From positions 230,225 through 294,224 of the forward strand of contig JAKMXF010000304.1 of the NCBI GenBank assembly GCA_024704765.1: a DNA stretch of 64,000 bases. Direction: 5' to 3'. Position numbers and translations under genes: made by a program. The notes beneath the pieces are model-generated. The model was given only the letters and a program-made list of their open reading frames with translations, did not search any database and was not told the DNA's origin. How positions within the stretch are numbered: position 1 is the stretch's first letter; every line of letters begins with the position of its first letter. The DNA is from Oopsacas minuta (Eukaryota; Animalia; Porifera). Shown here in pieces: positions 40,300 to 52,947 of the stretch.

Positions 40300-40733
40300 C
40301 TTTCTGACGTTTTCGGTGTTTATGCCCTTTGAAATATATTACTTTAACCTGACTATCAACACCAAGAGATAAGAAAAATTGTTCTTGAGGTGAAACATTA
40401 GGTAAGTTAGTTTTAGATAAAAAATTTCCATCCAAAAAAACTGAACAATAGCCAGCTAAAAGTGGAAATTCACTAGAATTTATTACTCTGGCTTGAAGGT
40501 AAGAGTTAATATTAATCTCTGGTTGAGAAATGTGTTGTAATTCAGGAAAAATATTCAGTAATGCGAGTGAAACTTTATGCTCAGTATTATTTGAAGGAAT
40601 GCTTGTTGGCCTGGATGCCATAAAGGTATGAGTAAATATAGCTTGAGATTCATTCAATCTGGTTGATGGCTCTTGTAAGTCTATCTGTAATTCTCGTTGA
40701 TTCATCTCATCGGGGCTTTGAATTTGTTGCATA
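40300..40733 (-). CDS. DUF4139-domain host gene, penultimate exon
   Basis: ttttAG|t (phase 2) to aaag|GTATTT (phase 1). Encodes TSIPSNNTEHKVSL...SYLQARVINSSEFPLLAGYCSVFLDGNFLSKTNLPNVSPQEQFFLSLGVDSQVKV. Confidence 0.92.
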
Positions 40734-41867
40734 CTAAAAATACATTGGTTATAGATCTGGGAGAATTTATCTAGTGGAATACATTTTAATACACATTAGT
40801 AAATCTTCAAAATTGCTACGCACATATTGTCAATTTCCCATTGTTGCAGTGATTAGTCAAAGTACCATTTTGGTATATTATAGGGAAGAGTGACAATGCA
40901 TTGTCCCATTTAAATATTGTTTACTCTCGGGGAAAGTATATTAATGATGCTAATCTTTACTATTTAGCATGAACAACTACCTCATAATAGCAATGTAGCC
41001 ACACGGTGGACTCGCCATTTAAGCTCAATTAAATCGAAATTCATTTCATTCCCACAAATTTAAATTTGGAGCTCAACTATTAGCGTCTATATTTGAAAAT
41101 AATCGATTTTAACTGCGCTGTACACAAACTATCGTATATCAATAAAGTACACGGAAATCAAAGTAATTCATGTTATTGAGTGTTAACAGTAGTAAATTCA
41201 TCCCAGTACAGTCTGTAACATAATTATTGGGAATTTTCGATATATTCTTAAAGAATCAATTTTCTTTCAAGCATACTTTACAATATCATTTACATGTAGA
41301 ATTTAGTTAGACATATCCTTTCTTAACTATTTTCACCATTTATCAACTTAGATTGCATTCTTCAATATTGAATTTATATGAAGAATCTATTGCTACGTCA
41401 TCATTTTTCTATAAACATTGTGAATTCAAAGGTGGTGAGACTTGTTGAGAATTGGCGTATGAAATAAATGATACAAATATAGAATGTTACGAATACCCGC
41501 CAAGAGTCCAGTATAAACCCATGAAATGGAAAGTATATCAATTAAGTTATAAAATATTCTATATATAGTAGAACTTGTTAAAAAAGGCTGCAAGGGTATT
41601 TACGAGCAAGAGTAGCGAGCAAGCTGAAAGTGAATAGGATCTCATTTTCAAAAGTGTGCAAGGGAGCGTTGCGCAGCCACCAGGGATTCTGTCGAAAAGG
41701 GTTGGCAGGTTTGGTTATGCACCGTAATATAGAACTCGTTGGAGAGAAAATGACAGAGCGAAAGATCTCAAAATCGGTCCACCAACAAAGAGTTACGAAA
41801 AATTTCATTACTTTGCCGAATCAAAAGGGAAATTTACATTAGTCAATATAGTTAAATTGCATTGTTA

Positions 41868-43179
41868 CAAGGGCTGTGTAATAAATAATTAGACTTGTTT
41901 ATCATAATTTATATAGTAAACCTATAATTATCATAATTGATTATCAAATGTTTCGATAAAATCCCCCTTTAACTTTATACATCGTTTCGATCGTCCTGGT
42001 AACTTTTCCAACCCAGTGGTACAGAATTCTTTAGGGGTCCCTTTTCCCACTGTTATATTTCATACTCCAGCCGTTTGAAATCCTCAAATCTCTTCCCTCG
42101 AAGAGGTCTCTTCAGCTCTCCAAACAGCCAGTAGTCGCTGGGAGCCAGGTCTGAACTATACTGGGGATGAGGGAGGCATTCGAATCCTAAGTCGTCAATT
42201 GCAGCCATTGTCTTGGAGCTTACATGGGCCTTGCGTTGTCATGTTGCAGCAGTACGCCACGTGTCAACTTGCCTCGCATCTGACGTTTAATCGCTTGATG
42301 CAATTTTTTCAATTCGTCAACGTAATAATCACTGTTTATGGTGGTCTTCTCAGGCAACCAGTCGAGGTGTATAATTCCTTCCCATCCCAAATACTGTTGC
42401 CATTCTCTTCCCTGCTGATTTTCGGCCTTTACCTTGATGGGTACAGGTTCATCACGTCTCTTCCACTGCTCCGATTGACTATTGCTCTCTGGTTCATAAT
42501 AATGAAACCCAGTTTCATCCTCCGTTACTATACGATCCAAAAAGTCTTCCTCTGCATTGTATCTTGAAAGTAATTCTTTGCTAACTCTGACCCTTTCGCG
42601 TTTTTGTTTTTTTGAAAGAACCTTTGGGACCCAACGCGCAATTACCTTCGATATTTCCAGATCTTCAGTGATAATCGAGTGTAGTGTGGCTTTTGATATA
42701 CCTACCCTTTCTTCTAACTCTTGCAGGGTTATTCGTCTGTCCTCGTCTAAAGTTGTTTGGACCCTCTCGATATTACTGTGGGTTTTGAGGAAGTCGGACG
42801 ACCTGGACGAGGGTCATCGTGGAGTTCCTCATCGCCATTATTCAAACGTTCGATCCATCTATATATGGTGGCTTTCGAAGGACATTCATCACCGAAAATA
42901 TCCTGCATTTCACGAAGAATGTAAGAGCCAGTCTTCCCCTTTTTCCACAGCTACCAAATTATTCGTCGTTTTCCTTCTTTGTTATAATCCATTAGTTGAA
43001 AAAGGTAGCCCATACAAACGAAACTTTATACTGAAGAAAATATGCTTGTAGAGTAAAGAGCATATTGTATAGAAGTTAGACAATCAAGTTAGGCTTGTAA
43101 TCTGATATTAGGCATAGAGTTGTATTAAATAGAATATGAATTCGATACATTAGTTTCATTACTTATTGAACAGCCCTTT
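41868..43179 (-). mobile_element. Full-length degenerate mariner element (different subfamily)
   Basis: TA|CAAGGGCTGTGTAATAAATAAT and rc AAAGGGCTGTTCAATAAGTAAT. Motifs RWVPKVL, IVTEDETGFHYYEPE, TINSDYY, LLQHDNARP, PHPQYSSDLAPSDYWLF. Confidence 0.9.
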
Positions 43180-43196
43180 TATATGCATTACAACTA

Positions 43197-43371
43197 CAGT
43201 AGAAGCTCGCAAACCGGGCACACTCAAATTGGGACACCTCCCAAAGCAGGGCGATCATCTTACATAAACTTTAGTTCTTTTCCATGTAGAATCCGCTATA
43301 AAACCGGAGCAAGTCCCAAACCTGGGCGCTTTGAAGTGACACCAAGGTGCCCCGTTTACGAGCTTCTAATG
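43197..43371. mobile_element. 175-bp pogo/Tigger-like MITE
   Basis: TA|CAGTAGAAGCTCGCAAACCGGGCAC ... GTGCCCCGTTTACGAGCTTCTAATG. Confidence 0.7.
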
Positions 43372-43530
43372 TGCTATAGTAATGCACATACTTCAATATT
43401 GAGGTTATACTCATTAGGTATTTAGCTACATTCTGTGTTGCATGTTTATATATACAACTTAGTTATATGTTAAGTATGGTGTATCTGACAAATACTTTTG
43501 CTGTTTTACTGACCACCAGTAACTATAATA

Positions 43531-43898
43531 TATGGGTGGTCAAAAAAAGTGTACCAGACAATTTTATTCAATTTTAGAGAATTAATTTAGATTTTGCAGC
43601 AATTAAAGAAGTTTGTTATAATATATAGATAAATGATATAGAAAAAATAATTCGACTTTCTTGTTGCTACTCTGGGTCAGTCATTCAGAGTAGATGTTCC
43701 ATGTGTCCCTCTTTCATATTTATTACTTTTCCGAGGCGCATAGTAAAGTTTTGCATGACGGACTTCAATATGGGTTTTTTTATCCCATGATAACGGTTCT
43801 TATGTTAGCTTTTAGTTCCACCAGTGTCTTAGGGTTTTTCGATAAAACGTGAGTGGTACAAAATATGCTCGGGTACATTTGTTTTTTAGACCACCCTG
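43531..43898 (-). mobile_element. Internally deleted Tc1/mariner (maT/DD37D-like) element
   Basis: TIRs GGGTGGTC.AAAAAA..TGTACC. Retains the C-terminal coding remnant PKTLVELKANIR.VI..I...ILKSVMQNFT.RL..VI....GHMEHLL*. Confidence 0.7.
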
Positions 43899-44339
43899 TA
43901 TTATTAATATAACTGACAAAACGAAGCTGCAAACGCAATTGGTTGAGTGCTAAATGCAAGGGGTGTTGATATTCTGTGCATACAAATGCGTAAGTTTTAC
44001 CCAGCTGTCGGATGATGGGCGGGAACTTGCAAATCCACTACCGTACAAATAGTTTGTATTCAATCCTAGCTTGGGATGCCCACCTTTTCCATGTGCTAAC
44101 AATGGCGCATTCTATATCTAGCGTAGCGTACTAGCCAAACCTAGATCACGCAATAACAAATTTTGAAAACCTTCTATTTCCTTTACTCTATATATTGCAC
44201 CCTCTACAATCAAATAATCTGAATCTTCTCGTTTTCTTCCAACACGTCACAATTGTGTATTCCTTCAAAACTTGGATATAATTAAAATGATAATTCTAAG
44301 TTTGGTGCTAAATTTATCCTTACTTAATTGTGTAATTAT

Positions 44340-45730
44340 GTGATAGATCTTCACAAGATGAAAACCTTTTTGTCACTTTGATTCTGATGATATACTTGAC
44401 ACGGAACATACCTTGACATTGATGGTGAGGAGGAAAGATTATTGGTACTGCTGAATGTTCAAAGTCAGATGAGATAGAAGCAACCAAAATTATATATACT
44501 TCATGGTAACTAGTTTGTATAAGTACTGGGCTAGTGTTGTGCGTTTGTTCCCACTGACCAATCCTAAAGCAACAGATTGACCTCCAATTACTCTCGCAAA
44601 TAATTTCCAATTCTACTCACCCAGTACGAATGTCAAAGCTTCTAATGAAGTATTTTCTAAAATATAATATTACTTCATTTATACTTTGTATTCCTTATAC
44701 TTGCGCGGGAAGATACCAGGAATAATTTTACATATATAATAGTTCGTTTGCTGGGGTACTGGAGACCATTTACACGAGGAAAACTAACAGCTCAGACCTT
44801 TGGTAGCTTTCGCCATTCAAGCATTGCTCTACCATAACTTGTAGAATATTTCACTGGAGAATGTGGATTCTCTCAAGTATTGTCATCATTTATACAAAAT
44901 GATCCAATTGAACACAATTTTGGATAATATCGACAGATGTCAGGGTCAAACTATAATGTTTCTGTATGTCAAGTACTAGAAAGTGAAAGGGTACTAAACT
45001 ATTCAATATTCCCAAGTTATATCATCGGAAAGATTATGACCGTAAAGATAGAGGCTCCTTATGGAATTTATCAGTACACTTCAAATCACGAAACGATATT
45101 GATCTTGGTTGTAGAGCTAGTTATGGTGATAAGATGTATGTTAATCACTTTACATGTGTTCTCTCTTTTGAAGATTTTCCCCCGAATTCTGATACAAGCA
45201 AGCTCAAGCTTCCTCGAAGGGTATGCAGCTTTTTCTTTGATAAGGAAATCAACTACTAAAACTTCAGAATTGTGCCCAGAATGTTACTCTTTTACTAACT
45301 GAGGATAGGTCTATAGAAATAGAAAATCTAGATACTAATTTCTCGCTGATTCAACTCCTAGATCGTGGCGGACCTAAATGACCATCTAAACAAGTTCTTA
45401 ACTCAGTTTTACAATCTGGAAGGTATTTACAAAGATGGAATATTAGGCATTTCTCAAAGATTTTCTACTATCGGATTCAAGATCAATTTTAGTGCACCTA
45501 ACTATTCTTAAACTTGATAGTGAGGAGTTTGAAGACTTGGATTATGAGTGTTTCGATTGCTGTACTGAAGGGAAAGCCTTATTCCATTCACTTTTGACAA
45601 CAGTAACAAATTATTTACTTAACAATAAGCAAGAATCTAAATATTCCCACAACAAATTCCAAGAGATCAAAGGAAATATATCAAATGATCTTGAAATAAT
45701 TAAATGTATTCATCATTGTATTTAATCATT
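44340..45730 (+). pseudogene. P-element (THAP9-like) transposase remnant, internally deleted
   Basis: VTLI..DDI(first D)...GKIIGTAE...(F)MVTSL...SVVRLFPL; then GKLTAQTF.SFRH...CGFSQVLSSFIQNDPIEHNFG.YRQMSGSNYNVSVCQVLESE (catalytic E region). Confidence 0.78.
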
Positions 45731-45899
45731 TCCTATTTTATACTTGTGCTTGTACTGTGAAGCAATTAAATACCCATACTGCTATATTTATGATAATAAT
45801 ACTTATTAGGTATAGGAATAAGTATAAAGTAAGTAATTAAAAAGTCTTCTGGATCTTATCCCTGATCTAAAGTACGTAGTGGAATGGCCTTATGTTTAG

Positions 45900-46796
45900 T
45901 AGTGGTTCTCAACCTTTTCTGGGCTTCCCCCATGATGTTTAATCTCCCTTTTGACGCCCCACCCTCTCTTCAAATAATTTGAAATTTTGTTGTTTTAATT
46001 CAAATTCACTGTAATTAATGCAAACCTTGTAATTGCTTATTAGATGCTAATATATCAATATCTGGACTATAACTTGATGTTGATATCCTTAAATCTTCTC
46101 TGAAGTCAAGTTGCCTGCGGTGTTTTGACCTAAGAAAATTTCCTGAAGAAAACGTTTTCTCACAAAATATGTTAGAAATGGAAGCAAAAGCAATCTTTCA
46201 GCTGCTGTTTTGAAAAGATTTGGTGTTACCCCTTCACTAAAAACCAGAATTTAGTTTTGTTTGCACAAGAATATTTAGCTTTTGCCTCCTCATTTGCCTG
46301 TAAATATAATGACTCCTCTACTAGTATGTTGTCTAAGTCCATCATATCTTCCAGTGACATATCCATCGGGGTTAGCAGGTATTTAGAGATTGATGGAACG
46401 TCAGAGAAGGGATTGGATGCCATATTATTCATATTATTAGAATTCACATATCGATTACGTATTCACAATTGAAATCATAATATTTATTGTCATACAAAAG
46501 CAATGTATATTTGTCAGATGCATGCCATCTTTTCGAACCCTTATATTGTAGCGCTTACAAAGTATTAACAATAATTATATCTGAATACTAACTTTATCGA
46601 CGTATAATGCAAATGGGTTTGTAAAAGAGCGAGGAACTGAATGCAAAGATATAAAACAAGTAGCGATAGCGAGGAGCCTCCTCTGACTAAATTATTTACG
46701 CAGACCCCAGGTATAGATCACTCCAAATATGTATCCCCCCTCTTCGGTATTGCTCTCCCCCCAATGGGGGGATATTCCCCTGGTTGAGAAGCACTG
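45900..46796 (-). mobile_element. Internally deleted hAT (Buster-type) element
   Basis: Ends (T)AGTGGTTCTCAACC / GGTTGAGAAGCACTG; C-terminal remnant LRISTSSYSPDIDILASNKQLQGLH*. No TSD match remains. Confidence 0.7.
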
Positions 46797-46899
46797 GGCT
46801 ATGGTGTAGCTAGCAGTTGTTAGGGGTGCTGGCAACCCTAGTGCAACACTGAATTACTGGGGATGCTAACAACCTCTGTATTGCTGTGGTCGTTAGAAA

Positions 46900-48250
46900 C
46901 GCTAACTATCTTTCAGTATATATTATGCAATATTCTCAACTGAGAGTAAAAGCTAGCAGGTATATGCCAATTCATATCCTAAAATTGTTGTTACTGATAT
47001 GATATATTGTTCAATGATGGGACTGAATGTAGCAGCGACCTATCGTCTACAGCAGACTTGTCCAACCTACGACCCGCCAACATGCTCGGCAACTGTTACC
47101 AGTTGGTGGTGATATTTAATTGTATGAAACCTATTTGAGCGAACTCAATTAAGAGAAACCCAATATTCGAAACCAAATTAAATGAAAGCATTTTCAGAAA
47201 AGTGTGATTTCAATAACTTAAAATCCTTAAATAACTTCGTAATTTAGTTTTGATCGAGTAATTATCTGTCACATAACTGGGTTTCTATCAACTGGAACAG
47301 CTCATATAAAATCCAAATAATAAACCACTTAAACAATACTAAAATAACTGCAAAACAAATATGTTAACTCCCGTGATTAAAGCAAAGAAAAGGAAAATTG
47401 ATAGTTAATGTCGAGTTTTCAAATCCTCATGGACATTAGATTTTTTCATTGTAGAACACAACGAATGCTTATTGTGCTTGATATGTCAGGAGAAGATAGC
47501 TGTATTCAAAGAGCATAATATCAAATGACCTGACTCTACTAAACATGCAGATACATTTGACACGCTTACAGGTCAGGTGATCCGTTTGGAACTGATGCCA
47601 CTAATGCTCCTGAAATGTTCCAACTGGAACTAATTGAAATACAAAATAACTCGGAGAGAAAGAGAGCTTTTGCAGGGCATGACCTTCTGACATTTCATGG
47701 TCAAAATGTTACATCGGATCAATTTCCTAATTTATCGCCACACTCCCTTCGGTTCCTTTCCTTTTTTGGCAGTACGTATTGCTGTGAACAGCTTTCTCAA
47801 TGATGAAAAATATTAAAAGCAAGTCTAGTTCACTCCTGACAGACACGCATCTATCAAGAATATCACGGATTGCGACATCAAGCGTACGAGCAGATATTGA
47901 CCCTTTGTGTGAACAAACACAAAGTCAGATATCCCATTAGATATGTTCTTTATCATTAAAGTTTACTATAATTTAATAAAACATGTAGTGATTTTTCAAT
48001 TCTGAAATAATCCGTGTTAACGCCATCCCCAAATAAATAACATCATGCTACCTTAATATATCTAACGTCGTGCGGCCCTCAAGTAGTTAAAGAAGCCTTT
48101 ATTCGGCCCGCGAACAAAAAGATTGGACAAACTTGGTCTACAGTAACCATAAATGCATCTTTAGTCTCCCTTGATAAGCGTCCTAATACCCAGATCCCAA
48201 AGAGCTTACTACCGTAGTGGTATTTTCTCTTCTCAAATTTCACTTCTCGG
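46900..48250 (-). pseudogene. Merlin (ISXO2/IS1595-like) transposase fragment split by a hAT insertion
   Basis: EVKFEKRKYHYG..LFGIWVLG..SRETK.AFMVTVD at 48250-48144 continues across the TSD as DR(S)AATFSPIIEQYI...TTI at <47045. Confidence 0.7.
47053..48135 (+). mobile_element. Internally deleted hAT element (GTF2IRD2/EPM2AIP1/SPIN-like)
   Basis: Perfect 8-bp TSD GTCTACAG (47045-47052, 48136-48143); TIRs CAGACTTGTCCAA / rc CAAGTTTGTCCAA. N-terminal KRKIDS.CRVF...W...CLICQE.IAVFKE.NIK and C-terminal FGSTYCCEQL.S.MK.IKS..S.LTD.HL remnants. Confidence 0.9.
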
Positions 48251-49823
48251 ACAGGGCTACGACAATGCAGCAAATATGTCTGGCAAATATATTGGTACTC
48301 AAAAGCATATAATTACCGTCAGTCCTTTATGCTTATACTCTCCTTGTGGCTGCCATTCATTAAACCTGCTTAGAGCGGATTCTGCTGAAAGCTGCACCGA
48401 AGCTGTCACCTATTTTGGCATGGTTCAAACAGTCTACAAACTTTCTCTAGTAGTCCTCACCGATGACACATACTACAACTCCACATTGCATGCTGTCTTC
48501 ATGGCTTGTCCGGAACAAGATGGATGGATCGTGCTGCTAGTGTACGGCCATTCGCAGCTCATCTATCTGGCCTAAAAGTGGCACTACAACAGTTCCTATC
48601 TCTGAAATTACTCCGGAGACAACCACCGATGTAAATGGAGTCATAAAGTACGTGTCATCGTTCAGCTGCGTTGTAATGTCTTCCATATGGTCAAAAGTCC
48701 TAGTGGCAATTGACCAAAGAAATCAAATCCTCCAAGCAAGAAAAGCAACAATTGATGTTGAAGTGTCCAACTTAAAGAGTCTACTTAAAGACTCAAAAGA
48801 GCTGCGGGAGAAATGGTCTTTGATTTTAAGTGAATGTACTTTGGTGGCCAGTGCTGCGATCATTCCGGCCGAATTTCTAACCAAGCGTAAAGAAAGCGAA
48901 GAGCTTTTTTACAACGAACCACAAGATGAGAAAATGGCGGAATCAACTGCAAATGATCAGAGTGCTGAGAGCGAGGAGGAACTTGCATTCATGCAAAATG
49001 TAATTTACGTGATTGTGGATTCTGTTATAACAGGTCTAACAAAACGCTACGATTCCGCAAATAGCATCAACGATCTCTATAGCTTTCTTTGGCGATATTT
49101 GAATTAATCGGAAGACCAAATTATTTAGGGCTGTGAAGTCTTTGGAAAGAAGTATTCTGATGTTATTTCTCAACACGATTTGAGAGAGGAGGTGATTCAT
49201 CTTAAAGCCATCCATATTGCTAATTTTGGAAATGAATCTTTGTGTCCTCTAAATCTTTTGAACACTATTAGAAAATTTAAGTTAGATGAAATATTTTGCA
49301 ATATCTGTACTGCATTGAGGATGTTCTGCACATTGCCTGTTACCGTTGCTTCCGCCGAACGTTCGTTTAGTAAGTTGAAACTCATCAGGACCTTTCTGAG
49401 AAGCACTATGAGTCAGGGATGACTGAACGATCTCGCAATATTGAGCATCGAGGCTGAACTTGCAAAGCGTATTGACTTTCAAGACATAATCAATGATTCT
49501 GCTATGAGGAAGGCACGCAAAGCTTTCTGTAAATTACACTGACCGTGAATTTGTGTATTTTTCCGTTTGTAACTACAATAACCCTTGAAGTACTAGCTTT
49601 GTAGTATTAGTTTTTTCATTTATACTACTTAACATCATAAACTCCATAGCTATATAGCAATAGGCTATTTGAAATTCATAAAATATAAGAGTAAATAGGA
49701 TTGTATTTATTTAAATTTTTTAATATATATATAATACGAATGCAATAGTTTGCGTTTTTTTATTCACTTCACGATAACGGAACAAAATATCAGAGGGGCC
49801 CGCTCGCGCTCTCGACGCCCCTG
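48247..49823 (+). mobile_element. 5'-truncated hAT (ZMYM1-like) element
   Basis: GQGYDNAANMSG, PCGCHSLNL and the hATC dimerisation motif ALRMFCTLPVTVASAERSFSKLKLI.T.LRSTMSQ; right TIR rc CAGGGGCGTCGAGAG ends at 49823. Confidence 0.9.
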
Positions 49824-50632
49824 ATCGGAACAACATTAATTTTGGAACTTGAAATGCGAAATTTGGAATCAGCCCACTCGATTTCTCTAGTATAATCTTA
49901 TAAACAAAGTTGCTGGGACTATTTACAATGCTTTTACATTATATACATAAACAACACACACACATCCAGATTACTAGACAATATCATATTTGGAATCAGC
50001 ATACTCAAATATGCTAATGTAGTAATTGTTTACTCCACATATACCACCAACAGAAGGTTAGGTTATTCACTAAATCGATCTAATTATAAAAATGCAGAAT
50101 GTATACTTAAAAGGCGATAAATTAGACTATCCGTGTCAACTCAAGTTTTCTTAGAACTAAACGTGTGCAAAATGTAATCACTTCATGGTTTGGCCAAATG
50201 CAAACTAAACATGGAAATATTACTTCATCATGAATGTAAAGAAATATCAAAATTTCTAGAATTTTGATATATTTAGAATTCATAATACTAGAGGGATAAA
50301 TTGACCAGATTACTAATTACAAGTCACTTAGAAGCTCGAGGATTATCCCACAAGGCCATTAAATGGAATTTCGATAGAAAATGGATAATAAAAATTTAAT
50401 ATTTATGCAAAGAATACCTCAAGATACGTAGGCCGACCCAGTCGCATAGCAACCAAAAGCATCAAGAAATTATGTTGTAGAATTATAGAGCTGCCTTGAG
50501 CTACTAAGCTGTCGCGAAGCGATCTGGTGTGGGTATACCGATTTCGAGCTAATGAAAATGTCAATACGTGCATACAATCAAGGAGATATTAATTAAGTAG
50601 ATAGACATCCCAAGTTAGCGCAAATAACACCT

Positions 50633-50674
50633 CACAGTGTGGCAAAAAGGCGAAAATGAGGGATTAGCCAAATT
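50633..50674 (+). repeat. 3' TIR: heptamer CACAGTG + 23-bp spacer + ATTAGCCAAATT
   Basis: Heptamer 50633-50639, spacer 50640-50662, block 50663-50674. Confidence 0.9.
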
Positions 50675-50815
50675 GTAACTTCAAATCGATAATATTTGTA
50701 TTATACTTATATATGAAATCGACCCCGTACATTTCACTGGACAAGTCAAATTTTTAATTAACCCACTCAAAATATGTGAGGATGACGTCATCACTAAAAT
50801 CACTAATTCATAATT

Positions 50816-52947
50816 TTAATAGATTATCAGGGATTTATAAAGGGTATCCTGTTCAGATGTTTCAAGCATGCTATCTTCGTTTGATTTAGCCTTTCTAATA
50901 CTTTTGTGACGATTTAAAACCAATACAGGGTCACTGTAGCACAAAAGTCTGACTAAAATATCACGAAAGTTGTCAGAAAAGGATGTTTTTCTTGTTAAAT
51001 TTTCTCTATACCTTCTGACATACTTATTGCAAGCCTCTAAACACTCTTCAGAAAGGTTTTGTAGTCCATAACCATGATTATAGCAATAAATTATTTGAAA
51101 ACAATGAGCAAGCAGTTTATGAAGAAAGGGAGAGATGCTTACCCAAGGAAAGTGATTCAAAACAATTTCATACGTTTCCTTGCAAAGATTTTCAAGACCA
51201 TGACAATTAATGTGGTCTTTGCTGTTAACTATCCTCAAAATCACCGAGAGGTTGTTTTGAATCATTTTAAGGGTTGGTTTATCAACTGGGTTAATAGTGG
51301 AGGTAGCGCATCTGAAGAAATCTCTTTTATCTCGAAAACAGTCTCGTGCAACATTGCCAGTTGTTGAAGTCCCCCCTTGACTAGAAGGAATATCGATTTT
51401 GATACTACATTTGGCTTCTATAATTGATCTTATTCGTTTCAAAGAATCCTGTACTTTTGTGCATGTAGGTGACCACTTTTTACAACCTGCGTCTAAGTGA
51501 TATATGAGTAACATATATCACCTAAAGACACAGAGATACGCATGCAATGGAGAAGCTGCTAAGATGTTTATTTCGGAAGTAGGGTGGTGGGTAATGCCAC
51601 AGCGTTTTTTGGAAGGTAGGGCAAATATTTCGTCCTCATTAATATCGTCAAATAGTTGATTAGCATCAGCAATGTATCTATTAATTGGAAAACCTGATCT
51701 GGCCGACTCTAAACTATTGATTTCCTTTCCTGTGGCCGTGCAAAGATGACATGATGCACCACCCGCTCCATCTAATAGACCTGCCATTTTGGTATCAAAT
51801 ATAGATCGAATAATTTCTACTTTTATGTGACGATTTTCAACTGCAATTCCTTGTTCTACAATTAATTTAGTTGCGGGATTTATGAGTGTATCCATAATAA
51901 ATTTAACGTTTTCGTGATTTTCCTTCAACGCAATTAAGCAGACTGCTCTGAATGAAAAAGGTGAATTGGGGGAAGTATTGACGTATAATGAGAAACCTGT
52001 GTTATCTGTTATACTGAGAACTTTAAATCCGAATAGAATAATACTGTGTGTACCTAAACCTAGATTTGAGTTCACTTGGTTGTAAGAATTGTGTGAGCCT
52101 GATCCATCTAGACCGTCTGCAATTCGAACTGACAAAGGATATTGTGAGTTGTTTACAATGGAATCGAAGCTTAGAAGATGTCACTGAATGGTTAGTTCGA
52201 GTATTTCGAAATAAGAAACTGATACACCAATAGAGTTACCTTCGGGGTTAGTGACAAATAAAACACTTCGTGAAAGAGAAATTTCTTGACGGTATTGCGA
52301 TATTAATTATAGGATGGAAATACGATGTCTTGTTTCAGTAATTTCTTCAACTGTGTGTATTGAATGTTCCAATTTCGAGAAGATCTATTATATAACTTGA
52401 CATAGGTATCTAAACTTACTTTACATTTCCGTAACGTGCCTGTTGCGATTATTTCTTTGCATATACTGGAAGTTTCTCGATCATATTCCTGGATAGAAAT
52501 TAATTCCAGAGCTAAAGCAGCAACTTTCTTCTCGTCAACCTGCTCCCTTTGGGCAACGAACTGAATATGCTTTAGCAAAACGTTCAAACGGTTTCGAGCA
52601 GCTTTCATTGTGAGTTTGAATAATGGTTTTCTGATCTCTGTTAGATTCTCTTCAATAAATGAGTGCTGCTCAGGGATAGAATCGACTGTGTCAATCGACA
52701 TTTGTGATCCAGAGTTACAAGTAGTGACTGAATAAAACTCCATACCCTCCCAAACATTTAAGTTGTAAATCTTCTGGTAATGATCTCTGGATTTTCGAAG
52801 ATTTCTTAATTTCCAACGAATAGTTTCAAACAGATCATCTGACAAGGAATGAACTTCAATTATCTGACGAGCTGCACCAGAACAATTCCAACCATGTGAT
52901 TTATAAATATCGTATGCTTCTTTTTGTGTAATAAATGTTTAATCCAT
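50816..52947 (-). pseudogene. RAG1-like transposase, copy 2 (~710 codons; about three premature stops and three frameshifts)
   Basis: ATG at 52947. NBD-like RKPLFKLTMKAARNRL; ADGLDGSG, PNSPFS, IFDTKMAGL.DGAGGASCHLC, SPLHAY, GNVARD, LHKLLAH and LSEECLEACNKYVRRYR correspond to the RAG1 D600/D708/E962 and Zn (CxxC, HxxxxH) motifs. Confidence 0.93.

Noticed and set aside
50300-50632. Coding-like sequence flanking the RAG1-like insertion (frame RHPKLAQITP|STKYNILENF runs across the empty site)
   Set aside because: It has stops on both sides and no identifiable motif; it may be an older decayed element but cannot be assigned.
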